Assembly (NCBI GenBank): GCA_028689615.1 | Contig: JAQVCV010000002.1 | Span: 20,092-84,091 of the forward strand | From: Bacteroidales bacterium | GTDB taxonomy: Bacteria > Bacteroidota > Bacteroidia > Bacteroidales > TTA-H9 | Reading direction: 5' to 3' | DNA: 64,000 nucleotides | Part shown: positions 19,888 through 29,775 of the stretch, piece after piece | Position numbering within the stretch: the stretch's first letter is position 1 | Layout: each line of letters opens with the position of its first letter | Position numbers and translations under genes: made by a program | Notes under the pieces: model-generated | What the model was told of the DNA's origin: nothing | Databases searched by the model: none | The model's input: the letters and a program-made list of their open reading frames with translations, nothing else

Positions 19888-19899
19888 AAGAGAAGAATG

Positions 19900-22017
19900 C
19901 TATTTCACGATGACTTTCTTGGTAAATGTTCCCCTGTCGCCAGTGATGTTGAGGAAGTAAATACCACGAGCCAGGTTGGATACATTGATCTTGGCTTCAT
20001 AACGACCCACGAAAGCATTTACCAGGTCGTTATAAACTGTTTCTCCGGTAAGGTCAACCAGCTTGATCTGAAAAGTTTGCGCTTTATCAACATCAAAGGC
20101 AAGATTGAAAGAAGTTTGAGCCGGATTGGGCCACAACTGGAACCCACTTAACAACTCGCGTGATTCAACTCCCACGTTGAGTGTTTCCCAATGAATCTGC
20201 CAACCGTTGTTTTGTTTCCAATCGTTGGTACGCCACATCAGATAAGCTTTACCTCCGGGCACAGTGATGGGCGAAGGAGGAGTAGCATAAGTTCCACTTA
20301 AGGTTGCTATGGTCGTATTGGTAGAATTGTTGTTGATTCTCAAATAATCGTTTTCTGCCTCTGTATCAAAATAATCAAAATAGAGAGTAATTTCAGACGC
20401 GAAAGTAGGCTGAATCTTGAAAAAACAACTGGTATTGTATTTATAGTTGAAATCGCCACTACCATCGTTCAACACACCAGTGACATCTGTAAAGGTCTTG
20501 GTTCCGGTGCAGAACATTGGCAATACTGAAGTGTATTCAAAAAGGAAGCCATTCCCTGCTGACGATCCGTCAGAAGTAAAATGAACCAAAGCTTTGTTAC
20601 CAGTGGTAGTAACGTCGGTTGGAGGGTTGGAGGCGTTAAACTCAGCAAGAAGCGGGGCATTAACATCAGCACCATCGTAAATTTTCACCACGTCGCCGGC
20701 ACCTAGTTCAAAACGTTTGCTGGTGATCATAATTTTGACTACCGAATCTTGTTGTTGGGGATTGATAAGCCATTTATAATCAATATTAGAAGCATAGTCA
20801 GCAACAGGGCCGCTACCATCCTCTATCGTTCCATCGAGGAAAGTCATTTCGTTTACAGCAAGCGGAGCAACCGGGTAACCTGTTCCGGGAACAATTTGAT
20901 AAACCATTGCCTGACCGTTGTAAAATCCACCCACGTTTGAAAGTGTGTACCAACCATCACCAGAAGAACTCCAGCCAAAATTGAAATAATAGTTGGTAGG
21001 GGTGTTATCGTCATAACCACAGAGCACGAAAGCATGTCCACCATTGCTGGCATCACGTCCCGAATAGAAAATAGGACGTCCCAGATCGAGGTCGGCTTTG
21101 ATCTTGCTCTCCCAAACTGATTGCGAAAAATTCTGTTTTTCGAGGTAGGTAGTAGAATTAGAATACCGGAAATAGTTCACCATAGCGTTGGGCACGTTGT
21201 AAGAAAAAGCACCCGAGCCATCAGGAGCATAATCCATACGAACCGACACACCTGCATGAAACTGCAACTCAGCATCGTAATAATTGTATTTGGAATCGCT
21301 GTTGTGAAGCATTCCTTCAAAATGGTAATCGGTCTGACCGTAATTAGCCGAAAGGGTTCCGTAATTAATATGGTAATAGGACGACGAGCCCTGTCCGGTG
21401 TTGGGCCAACGCCAGTAATACATCACCTGACTCATGGCTGTGGCTACACAACCGGAATAAACGTGTCCGCCCGGACCTGCTTCATCTTCGGGGCAATGGT
21501 AATTGTAAGGGTCGTCCTGATTCCAGGTTCCTATAAGCAATGGCTGAACCCCTTTTGCTCCATTTTTGGGGAGCTGGGTATTTTGGCGCAAAGCATTCCA
21601 ATTCTGGGCTATTTCAGAAGTTTGTTCGATTGGATTTTGCCTCAGAAAATCGATCTGATCGGTATAATTCTGGAGAAAACTTCTGTAATTATCCGAAATT
21701 CTTGATGGATTGTATTGCCCATGAGTTGAATAGCCAATAACAGGAACGTAGGTGTCTTCGGCAGAAAAAAGGATGAACCCACCCTCGCTAAAATTGAAAA
21801 TGTAATAAGCATCACCGGTTTGCCCTTTGATTGTGAATTGCTCACCAATTCGCAGATTTTCTGCCGGAACACCGGTGTTTTGCGAATAATACCTGACAGC
21901 CAGAGATTTAGCGTCGTCAACCTCAACTTTAGAGGCTGATATCCCCAGCGAGAGAAATGCCAGAGAAACTAAAAGTAGAAATCTGTTCTTCATGAATTTT
22001 GAAATGTATGTTATCAA
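19900..22017 (-). CDS. secreted peptidase C10 (streptopain/PrtT-like) cysteine protease with T9SS C-terminal sorting domain
   Basis: Signal peptide. N-terminal Spi-like prodomain region. Catalytic Cys context SGCVATAMSQVMYYWRWP. Catalytic His context GGHAFVLCGYDD. C-terminal ~80 aa (LWPNPAQTSFNLAF...GIYFLNITGDRGTFTKKVIVK) matches the type-A CTD of Por/T9SS cargo. Confidence 0.8.
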   Translation of the reverse strand: MITYISKFMKNRFLLLVSLAFLSLGISASKVEVDDAKSLAVRYYSQNTGVPAENLRIGEQFTIKGQTGDAYYIFNFSEGGFILFSAEDTYVPVIGYSTHGQYNPSRISDNYRSFLQNYTDQIDFLRQNPIEQTSEIAQNWNALRQNTQLPKNGAKGVQPLLIGTWNQDDPYNYHCPEDEAGPGGHVYSGCVATAMSQVMYYWRWPNTGQGSSSYYHINYGTLSANYGQTDYHFEGMLHNSDSKYNYYDAELQFHAGVSVRMDYAPDGSGAFSYNVPNAMVNYFRYSNSTTYLEKQNFSQSVWESKIKADLDLGRPIFYSGRDASNGGHAFVLCGYDDNTPTNYYFNFGWSSSGDGWYTLSNVGGFYNGQAMVYQIVPGTGYPVAPLAVNEMTFLDGTIEDGSGPVADYASNIDYKWLINPQQQDSVVKIMITSKRFELGAGDVVKIYDGADVNAPLLAEFNASNPPTDVTTTGNKALVHFTSDGSSAGNGFLFEYTSVLPMFCTGTKTFTDVTGVLNDGSGDFNYKYNTSCFFKIQPTFASEITLYFDYFDTEAENDYLRINNNSTNTTIATLSGTYATPPSPITVPGGKAYLMWRTNDWKQNNGWQIHWETLNVGVESRELLSGFQLWPNPAQTSFNLAFDVDKAQTFQIKLVDLTGETVYNDLVNAFVGRYEAKINVSNLARGIYFLNITGDRGTFTKKVIVK

Positions 22018-22259
22018 ATGATCCTTCAGTGTTCAGGTGCAAAGATAAAGATTCTCTTGGGATTAGAGACAGGCGGGTGTTAAAAAGAAATCACCGCATC
22101 CAGGAGGCTTTACTATGCCTTTAACAAACACCTTACAGGGGCTAAGGTTGCCGGAAAAGACTGATATGAATGAACATTTTTTGGGTTACTACCGGAATTC
22201 CCTGTTGTTGCAAGGTGTCCAAAAAACTGTTAGCAATCAACGAGACTCCTTATGCAGAA

Positions 22260-22676
22260 TCAAATTCCTGCATCGCGCCTTCGTTCTTTCTTTTCCGACA
22301 GCCGTTTTTTCGAATCGAGTCGCTTACGTTTGGCCGCGGCAGATGGAGCGGTAGGCTTCCTTTTCTTCACTGGCGTTAACGCTTTGGCAATCATCTCAAG
22401 AAACCTTTGTGTAACTTTCTCTTTATTTCCAAGTTGTGTACGTTCGGTTTGTGACCACATCAGCAACTCTCCATTAAGATTGATGCGATTGGCGAGGTTA
22501 GCCAACAGCATCTCCTTCTCCGAATTGTCAAAAACCGACGAATGAACAACATTGAATCGAAGTTCAACTCTTGTGTTAACTTTGTTAACATTCTGACCAC
22601 CAGCACCGCTGCTGCGGGTTGCTGAAAAGTCAATTTCATAAATCAACCCTCGTTGCTCAAGTTCTTGTGTAGTCAT
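22260..22676 (-). CDS. arfB: alternative ribosome-rescue factor ArfB (peptidyl-tRNA hydrolase, YaeJ family)
   Basis: 138 aa. GGQ motif (SGAGGQNVNKVNT). Basic C-terminal tail (KKRKPTAPSAAAKRKRLDSKKRLSEKKERRR) typical of ArfB. Confidence 0.8.
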   Translation of the reverse strand: MTTQELEQRGLIYEIDFSATRSSGAGGQNVNKVNTRVELRFNVVHSSVFDNSEKEMLLANLANRINLNGELLMWSQTERTQLGNKEKVTQRFLEMIAKALTPVKKRKPTAPSAAAKRKRLDSKKRLSEKKERRRDAGI

Positions 22677-22679
22677 AGC

Positions 22680-22844
22680 CTATTGCTCTTCCTCGTAAAA
22701 CTGCGCTTTAGATGCCCCACACTTTGGGCAGGTCCAGTCGTCGGGTAATTGATCAAACCCGGTTCCTGGTTCAACATCCTGCGACGGGTCGCCTGTTTCA
22801 GGATCGTAAGCATAATCGCATAATGTGCAAGCATAAAGAATCAT
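22680..22844 (-). CDS. rubredoxin (54 aa; below the 60-aa cutoff of the supplied ORF track)
   Basis: Hand-translated from the reverse complement of 22680-22844: [54 protein letters not shown]. It has both rubredoxin Cys knuckles (CTLC...CPKCG) and the conserved YxYD and DDW motifs. It lies 3 nt upstream of arfB. Confidence 0.8.
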   Translation of the reverse strand: MILYACTLCDYAYDPETGDPSQDVEPGTGFDQLPDDWTCPKCGASKAQFYEEEQ

Positions 22845-22874
22845 AGCAACAGTATTGAAAAGATTTTTATGTTT

Positions 22875-24413
22875 TTACCGTCCCCAGGAATCCCTGTCGA
22901 GACTCCTGTAGTTGATGGCTTCGGCCATATGTTCAGTCCTAATGTTTTCGCTTTCGTCGAGGTCGGCAATAGTTCGGGCAACTTTCAGGATTCTGTCGTA
23001 GGCACGTGCTGAAAGGCCCAGCCTTTCCATGGCGGTTTTAAGGATCGCGCTGCCGGCACTATCAAGGCGACAAAATTCGCGTTGCATACGCGACGACATC
23101 TGCGCATTGCAATGCACTCCCAAACAATCGTGATATCGTTTTTCCTGAATTTCGCGGGCCTTCACCACACGTTCGCGTACAATAGCGCTTTTTTCACCGG
23201 GTTGCATCTCAGACAGGTCGCGGAAAGGAACCGGGGTAACCTCCACATGCAGGTCGATACGATCCATCAAAGGCCCCGAAATGCGGTTCAGATACTTCTG
23301 CACGATACCCGGACCGCAACTGCATTCAACCTCCGGATGGTTGTAATACCCACACGGACAAGGATTCATAGCAGCTACCAACATGAAGCTCGCAGGGTAC
23401 TCAACGGTATGACGTGCTCTGGAAATGGTTACTACCCTGTCTTCCATGGGTTGCCTCATAACTTCAAGCACAGTTCGTTTGAATTCAGGCAACTCATCAA
23501 GAAACAGCACACCGTTCTGTGCAAGACTGATCTCTCCGGGTTGCGGAAAAGTTCCGCCGCCCACAAGGCCTGCATCGGAGATGGTGTGGTGTGGCGAACG
23601 AAAAGGGCGAACAGAAAGCAACGCAGTATCACGACTCAGCTTCCCTGCCACAGAATGTATCTTGGTGGTTTCCAATGCCTCCTCGAGGCTAAGAGGAGGG
23701 AGAATTGATGGCAACCGCTTGGCCAGCATCGTTTTACCAGCTCCCGGGGGACCAATCAAAATAACATTGTGACCGCCTGCGGCGGCAATTTCAAGCGCCC
23801 GCTTGATGTTCTCCTGCCCTTTCACATCGCAGAAATCGAACTCATAGCTGTTTAAGCGGTTGTAAAACTCCTCTCTGGTATTAACAACAGTTGGCTCAAT
23901 TTGAACATCGCCCTTCATAAAATCAACCACCTGCCTTATCGACGACGCCCCATACACCTGCAATCCACCAACAATGGCGGCCTCACGAGCATTCTCCTCG
24001 GGCAGAATAAAATTCTTAAACCCTTGATCACGAGCTTCAATAGCAATCACCAGAGCCCCTTTAACAGGTTTAAGCGAACCATCGAGCGATAGTTCTCCCA
24101 TGATGATGGTTTCGGAAAGCAAAGTGTCTGGAATCTGTTCGCTGGCTGCTAAAATGCCGATGGCTATGGTAAGATCGTAGGCCGAACCCTCTTTCCTGAT
24201 ATCGGCCGGAGCCATGTTGATAACAATCTTTTGGTGAGGAAATCGCAATCCATTGTTGGTAAATGCCGAAATGATGCGATGCTGGCTCTCCTTCACGGCA
24301 CTGTCGGGCAATCCAACCATTAAGAAGTTTATCCCGGCGTCCACGTCCACCTCTACAGTTATTGGGATAGCATTCACCCCGACAACTGCACTACCATAAG
24401 TCTTAACTAACAT
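22875..24413 (-). CDS. yifB: YifB/ComM family Mg-chelatase-like AAA+ ATPase
   Basis: N-terminal Lon-like domain. Walker A (IGPPGAGKT). Walker B (LFLDELPEF). C-terminal Mg-chelatase subunit-like domain. Length 512 aa, typical of ComM. Confidence 0.9.
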   Translation of the reverse strand: MLVKTYGSAVVGVNAIPITVEVDVDAGINFLMVGLPDSAVKESQHRIISAFTNNGLRFPHQKIVINMAPADIRKEGSAYDLTIAIGILAASEQIPDTLLSETIIMGELSLDGSLKPVKGALVIAIEARDQGFKNFILPEENAREAAIVGGLQVYGASSIRQVVDFMKGDVQIEPTVVNTREEFYNRLNSYEFDFCDVKGQENIKRALEIAAAGGHNVILIGPPGAGKTMLAKRLPSILPPLSLEEALETTKIHSVAGKLSRDTALLSVRPFRSPHHTISDAGLVGGGTFPQPGEISLAQNGVLFLDELPEFKRTVLEVMRQPMEDRVVTISRARHTVEYPASFMLVAAMNPCPCGYYNHPEVECSCGPGIVQKYLNRISGPLMDRIDLHVEVTPVPFRDLSEMQPGEKSAIVRERVVKAREIQEKRYHDCLGVHCNAQMSSRMQREFCRLDSAGSAILKTAMERLGLSARAYDRILKVARTIADLDESENIRTEHMAEAINYRSLDRDSWGR

Positions 24414-24447
24414 TGTTTCTGAGTTTTAATTACCTATTAACTTATTT

Positions 24448-25209
24448 TTAAAATATCATTCCCAAACTAAGGACCATGAAATGGAGGTTAAATTTTTGCG
24501 AAAAATAGTAATCGTTCACCGGTGGGTAAATCTCGTTGGCGGGCAAGTCAACCTCAAGAGCATAAACCATCTCTTCGGAAACTACCCTTTGATAACGATA
24601 GGAAGCACTTACGTAAAAGTAATTTTCGGCACTTGCAGGGAACCGCAATCCAAACTCAGCATTGTACATCATCCCCCCCTTTTTCAAAAAATACTCATCA
24701 TGAATCAGCGACGTATAACCCATGCTCAACGCCATGAAGGGCCCTTCCGACTGAATTTTAAGAGTTCCATACAAGGGAAGCCAGGTAGCTTCGTTGAAGC
24801 GTTCAATACCCATTCCAATTCCCAAACTTACTGTTGAATTCAGGTTGTAATAGCCTGAAGCATGCAACTGAAAACCACTTTCAGATTTATCAGCCATGCC
24901 AATCATCAACCCCGGAGCTATCTGAAAACTCATATCACTCTCAAAACCTGAATTCTGAAGAGCATAAGGGGCGTTTGACGGGATCTCTTCCCTCTGCATG
25001 AAGCTGATTTCGGTGGTATTGATTGTGATTTCACCCTTCTCCGGATTCCTAAGCACCAGAAAACCATTGGGTTCCTTTTTGATGAATACACCTCGGAGGG
25101 TAATCCCGCTTTTAAGGGTTACTACATACTCATAGCCTTTATCTTGTGCTGCAACTGAGCCCACCAGCAACATTGCCAAAACAACCAAAACAGGTACTGC
25201 CCTTTTCAT
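24448..25209 (-). CDS. hypothetical outer-membrane beta-barrel protein
   Basis: ATG at 25209 with signal peptide (VLVVLAMLLVGSVAAQ). Alternating hydrophobic pattern and terminal aromatic residue (GMIF). Confidence 0.45.
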   Translation of the reverse strand: MKRAVPVLVVLAMLLVGSVAAQDKGYEYVVTLKSGITLRGVFIKKEPNGFLVLRNPEKGEITINTTEISFMQREEIPSNAPYALQNSGFESDMSFQIAPGLMIGMADKSESGFQLHASGYYNLNSTVSLGIGMGIERFNEATWLPLYGTLKIQSEGPFMALSMGYTSLIHDEYFLKKGGMMYNAEFGLRFPASAENYFYVSASYRYQRVVSEEMVYALEVDLPANEIYPPVNDYYFSQKFNLHFMVLSLGMIF

Positions 25210-25398
25210 AACATAAAAATTTTGACAAATATAAACAGAGATTCGATAAAACCGCTTAAAAGACAAAAGATTTACGAACATCTGGCTCTCAATAAGAATC
25301 ATTAATCAAAGAAACAAATGCAGTTCTACCCAAAAGCCAAGGCGTGATGGAGCAATCAGACCATGACCCAATTCGCAGAATGCCCCGGGAAAGCAACA

Positions 25399-26421
25399 CT
25401 ATCGATTCCTTGGCTTATAGGCAGACTGCCTCAAAAACTCTTGTCCTTCAGGCATTTTAAACAATTGTGAGGGCATTACCCCCGTATTTTTTTCCAGAAA
25501 CGAACTAACTATCTGGTAGCCCACCCATTCACCTATCCGGGATGGTGAAGATTTATCAAGCCCTGAAGTGAATGGTCCGTCACTCATTATAGTCCTGACA
25601 ACAGCCGGGTCGGATGAAAAAAGATAATCCTTCTCGATGAGCATGGCCCATATATGGGTTTCGTTCATGCTGCACCAATCCAATTGCTCCTTTGTGTAGC
25701 GAAAAAGGGACCAGGGCTTGGCTTGAGGTAACACAAACTCGAGCAAAGCCTGAATTTTGCCAGCCTCTATCATCTGATCAACCAAGGGTTTTTGTGTAAC
25801 ATCTTTCCAGAAATAAAAGAAAAGAATCTGTCGGATTACCTCAGGAACAACATCTTCGGGAGTCATGTTTCGCTGGATGTAAGCAGGTATCTTCAGTTGA
25901 TTGTAAGCTTCAAAACCACTTCCCAGAAAGAGATCCAGAGGAATTATAACAACACTGTCGTTTACGAACACACCTGTTTGAGTGTCGAAACCAGACACAT
26001 AGGTAAAAACCTGGGGAACGCGAAATTCGGGTATCGCTACCTGCAAACGCTGAAATGCTTTTGAAAGTTCAACTTCGCATCCCGACATATCGGTAAAGGT
26101 TTTCTCAACTGCATCGAAACCATCCCTGATTACAGGATCGCTCAAATAAGCTTTCATTTGAATCAGAGCCTGCTCACTTCCATAATCCGACCCTATGAAA
26201 AGCGGGTACCTTGGAGCCAGGCCGGCCAAACCTTCTTCCAGCTTGTTGGTTGGGATTTGGAACAGATCAAGCTCATAACGCAATATAACAACCTCTGGCT
26301 TGAAGGTTTTTGAAAAATCAACCGACTGCCAATGAGACTCTTTCTGGCGGCATGAAAACTGAAAAATCATCAATGATGCCACCACGATGCTGATTACACT
26401 TCCGGCTCTGAATGCTTTCAT
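25399..26421 (-). CDS. hypothetical lipoprotein
   Basis: Lipobox (MIFQFSC). About 340 aa. No recognised catalytic motif. Confidence 0.4.
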   Translation of the reverse strand: MKAFRAGSVISIVVASLMIFQFSCRQKESHWQSVDFSKTFKPEVVILRYELDLFQIPTNKLEEGLAGLAPRYPLFIGSDYGSEQALIQMKAYLSDPVIRDGFDAVEKTFTDMSGCEVELSKAFQRLQVAIPEFRVPQVFTYVSGFDTQTGVFVNDSVVIIPLDLFLGSGFEAYNQLKIPAYIQRNMTPEDVVPEVIRQILFFYFWKDVTQKPLVDQMIEAGKIQALLEFVLPQAKPWSLFRYTKEQLDWCSMNETHIWAMLIEKDYLFSSDPAVVRTIMSDGPFTSGLDKSSPSRIGEWVGYQIVSSFLEKNTGVMPSQLFKMPEGQEFLRQSAYKPRNR

Positions 26422-26624
26422 AATCTGCTCAATTAATCAATATATCAACTACAATTTTCGAAATCCACGAATGCTCATTCAATTTCAGCTCTCACTTAAA
26501 ACGGATTCGGTATGCTCTCTTGATTGAACACACAGGCAAAAATAAGACGGTTTCTGCTAACAAAGGCTAAGAAAGAAAAAAAGCCACAGCAGGCTGTGGC
26601 TTCACGATATACTATCAATCTGCA

Positions 26625-27236
26625 TTAAAACACCTTCCAACCCAGACTCACATTGAAAGTGTTGCTCTTCATGCTGCTAAACGAAGCCTCATCGTCGGAG
26701 ATGTTGTTCAGGCCAAATTCATAACGAACATCGAATGTAAACATCATAACATCAACCCCGGCACCAATAGCAGCACTCCAAATGGCATTTTTCAACTTGA
26801 TATCATCCTTTTCAGGAACTAAGTTACCAATAGTAAGATCTTTGCTAATGATGAAAGAGGCAATTGGTCCTGCAAAAGCCCTGACATTTACCATGGGGAG
26901 GCTAAAAAGTTTGGTACCCACCAAAACTGGAATGTCCATGGTTCCCATTTTGTACTCACTTTTAGTCAGAGGGTTAACCGCATCGCCAGCCACTTCCAGC
27001 ACCCCGCCCTTCACGCTGTAAAGGAGCTCAGGCTGAAGGTAATACTTGGTGCCAATACGAAGATAAGCACCAATCTGAAATCCAGTTTTACTGCTCTCCT
27101 TCAGGCTGGTCAGGTCGGAGGCCAGATCTGTTGAAAGCTTCGAAACGTTCAAGCCAATTTTAGGGCCGAATGAAATCTGAGAATACACAGTGCCGGCAAC
27201 AAAAAGAGCGGCAAACAGAAATGCAATTTTTTTCAT
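26625..27236 (-). CDS. PorT-family / OmpA-like small outer-membrane beta-barrel protein
   Basis: Signal peptide. About 200 aa. Pattern FGPKIGLNVSK...IGAYLRIG...NVSLGWKVF is typical of the 8-strand porin-family barrels of Bacteroidota. A rho-independent terminator (gccacagc-aggc-tgtggc plus a T run) lies downstream at 26578-26606. Confidence 0.6.
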   Translation of the reverse strand: MKKIAFLFAALFVAGTVYSQISFGPKIGLNVSKLSTDLASDLTSLKESSKTGFQIGAYLRIGTKYYLQPELLYSVKGGVLEVAGDAVNPLTKSEYKMGTMDIPVLVGTKLFSLPMVNVRAFAGPIASFIISKDLTIGNLVPEKDDIKLKNAIWSAAIGAGVDVMMFTFDVRYEFGLNNISDDEASFSSMKSNTFNVSLGWKVF

Positions 27237-27432
27237 AATTTGAGAGTTTTACAATGCAAACATAGCGTTTTTCCTCAATGAAAGGTATCCATACGATCGA
27301 AAACTATGCAATAATGTTGTTCTTACAACTTTTCATTAATTTTGTTCATCGGGAAAACAAGGCTGATATAAGTTCCTATTCAACATACAAACAATCGTTT
27401 CCGTTTTGACATTTCATTATTAATAAACTCAT

Positions 27433-28125
27433 ATGAAAAAGAATCTTCTGGTCTGCTTTTTAGTATTAGCAACAACTTTTACATCGTTGGCTCAGGCCGA
27501 CAACCGTCCGTTCCAGTTTGGCATTCAACTGGCTCCAAACCTTGGTTGGCTAAGTCCCGATACCAAGGGCTACAACAGTGATGGAATTCAGGCAGGTTTT
27601 TCGTGGGGTTTTGTGAGCGATATTGCCATTGCCCAAAACTACTATTTTAACACAGGATTCAACCTAAACTACCTGAACGGCAAGATGGTATTCGACTCAC
27701 AAATAACTACCAATGGAGATACGACCCTGGGAACCATGCACCGGAAATACAACATGCGGTATCTCGAAATTCCACTTCAATTCAAGATGAAAACCAATAC
27801 TTTCGGGCTCTACAGGTTTTGGGCCAACATTGGATTTGTAGCAGGGATCAACATCAAAGCCAAATCATCAGATAATTTCGTGAGTGAAACCGGAAAGGTT
27901 GTATCTACCGAGGACGATGCTTTCGACGATATTTCAACGGCACGCCTTGCCCTCCAGTTTGGTATTGGAGTTGATTATCTGATTGATAAATCGACATTTC
28001 TTTTTGCGGGGATTCATTTCAACAACGGGCTGACCAACGTGATGAACGGAGTAAATCCACGCACACGCGAGACCCAACGTGCAGTACCCAACTATCTGGC
28101 ACTATCGGTAGGCATTATGTTTTAA
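27433..28125 (+). CDS. PorT-family / OmpA-like small outer-membrane beta-barrel protein (paralogous in type to 26625..27236)
   Basis: Signal peptide. Pattern FGIQLAPNLGW...FGIGVDYLI...ALSVGIMF, with a terminal Phe. It is divergently oriented from the preceding barrel gene. Confidence 0.6.
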   Translation: MKKNLLVCFLVLATTFTSLAQADNRPFQFGIQLAPNLGWLSPDTKGYNSDGIQAGFSWGFVSDIAIAQNYYFNTGFNLNYLNGKMVFDSQITTNGDTTLGTMHRKYNMRYLEIPLQFKMKTNTFGLYRFWANIGFVAGINIKAKSSDNFVSETGKVVSTEDDAFDDISTARLALQFGIGVDYLIDKSTFLFAGIHFNNGLTNVMNGVNPRTRETQRAVPNYLALSVGIMF

Positions 28126-28135
28126 CTCTCACAGC

Positions 28136-29773
28136 ATGAAAATAGCACTTTGCCAACTCAACTACCATATAGGTCATTTCGATCAGAACATCCAACGCAT
28201 TACAGATGCCATTCAAAAAGCAAAAAAGGCCGGTGCAAATCTGGCAGTTTTTGCCGAATTGGCTGTTTCGGGGTATCCGCCACGCGATTTTCTCGATTTT
28301 GATGACTTTATTACCCGATGCGAAACAGCCGTTCAGCACATTGCCTCCTTTGCCACGGGAATCGGGGTTATACTAGGTGCTCCTGTTTTTAACAAAACGG
28401 GTAAAGGCAAAAGACTCTTCAATGCGGCCCTGTTCTTAAACAATGGTAAAGTTGAGGCCGTCAGCCACAAGGCACTTCTGCCAAACTACGATATTTTTGA
28501 CGAGTACCGCTATTTCGAACCAGGCCGTGAATTCGCAACCATCGATTTCATGGGCGAACGAATAGCCCTCACCGTGTGCGAAGATCTTTGGAACGTGGGA
28601 TCAAAGCCGCTTTACACCTTTTCGCCCATGGACGAACTTATAAAACAGAGCCCTACACTGATGATCAACATAGCGGCCTCTCCTTTCCACAGCCAACAGG
28701 CCGAAATCCGCCGAAAGGTGCTTACCGAAAATGTGGATCGTTATAAAATTCCCCTGCTCTATGTCAACCATGTTGGCGCCCAAACCGAACTGTTATTCGA
28801 CGGGGGATCCGTGGCAATTGCCTCCGATGGTTCGGTGGCCGGCGAAGCCTGCTACTTTGAACCCGATATGCTGCTTACCGACACCCAACAACTTCGCACC
28901 CCTAACCATCTGTTTCAACCAGTACCACAAAACCGCATTGGCAATATTCACGATGCACTGGTAATGGGAATAAAAAATTACTTTGAAAAACTTGGTTTTA
29001 CCAAAGCCATCCTGGGGCTGTCGGGAGGCATCGATTCCGCTGTAGTTCTGGCTTTGGCTGCCAGAGCGCTGGGGCCTGAGAATGTTCTGGGAGTCCTTCT
29101 CCCATCGAGATTCTCCAGCGATCATTCCGTTGACGACGCCCTCGAACTCACGGCAAATCTCGGAACACAACACGCTGTTGTGTCAATAGAAGACGCTTTT
29201 CAAGCATTCGAAAAAACCCTTTCGCCTCACTTCAAGGGACTTCCGTTCGGATTGGCAGAAGAAAACCTGCAGGCCAGAAGCAGAGCAGTGATTCTGATGG
29301 CTCTGTCGAATAAATTTGGGCACATACTCTTGAACACCAGCAACAAAAGTGAGGCTGCCGTTGGTTATGGAACACTTTACGGCGATATGAGCGGAGGCCT
29401 TTCGGTGATTGGCGATGTTTACAAAACCGATGTTTTTGCTCTGGCTCACTACATCAATAAGCAGGGAATCATCATTCCGACAAATATTATCACAAAACCA
29501 CCATCGGCCGAACTCCGCCCCGACCAGAAAGATTCCGACTCGCTGCCCGATTACGAAATTCTCGACAAAATACTCTGCCATTACATCGAAGAGTTTAAAG
29601 GCCCAAACGATCTGATTGAAATGGGATTCGAAAAAACTCTGGTAGAAAGGGTGCTCAGGATGGTAAACCAAAACGAATACAAACGACACCAAACACCACC
29701 AATCCTTCGGATCAGTCAAAAAGCCTTCGGTATGGGTCGTCGGATGCCAATCGTTGCCCGGTATCTATCGTAA
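28136..29773 (+). CDS. nadE: glutamine-dependent NAD+ synthetase (N-terminal nitrilase/CN-hydrolase domain plus NadE synthetase domain)
   Basis: N-terminus MKIALCQLN (carbon-nitrogen hydrolase) with the catalytic Cys context (LTVCEDLW). C-terminal PP-loop SGGIDS of NAD synthetase. Length 545 aa. Confidence 0.9.
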   Translation: MKIALCQLNYHIGHFDQNIQRITDAIQKAKKAGANLAVFAELAVSGYPPRDFLDFDDFITRCETAVQHIASFATGIGVILGAPVFNKTGKGKRLFNAALFLNNGKVEAVSHKALLPNYDIFDEYRYFEPGREFATIDFMGERIALTVCEDLWNVGSKPLYTFSPMDELIKQSPTLMINIAASPFHSQQAEIRRKVLTENVDRYKIPLLYVNHVGAQTELLFDGGSVAIASDGSVAGEACYFEPDMLLTDTQQLRTPNHLFQPVPQNRIGNIHDALVMGIKNYFEKLGFTKAILGLSGGIDSAVVLALAARALGPENVLGVLLPSRFSSDHSVDDALELTANLGTQHAVVSIEDAFQAFEKTLSPHFKGLPFGLAEENLQARSRAVILMALSNKFGHILLNTSNKSEAAVGYGTLYGDMSGGLSVIGDVYKTDVFALAHYINKQGIIIPTNIITKPPSAELRPDQKDSDSLPDYEILDKILCHYIEEFKGPNDLIEMGFEKTLVERVLRMVNQNEYKRHQTPPILRISQKAFGMGRRMPIVARYLS

Positions 29774-29775
29774 TA

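Noticed and set aside
23082-23772. 208-aa and 115-aa plus-strand ORFs inside yifB/comM
   Set aside because: Antisense to the AAA+ core of ComM. Arg/His-rich composition typical of artefacts.
25399-26421. Considered calling this lipoprotein GldB (gliding motility)
   Set aside because: Size and lipoprotein nature fit, but I cannot recall a diagnostic GldB motif to check against. Left as hypothetical lipoprotein.
29183-29719. 178-aa minus-strand ORF inside nadE
   Set aside because: Antisense to a highly conserved NAD synthetase domain. Regarded as a chance ORF.
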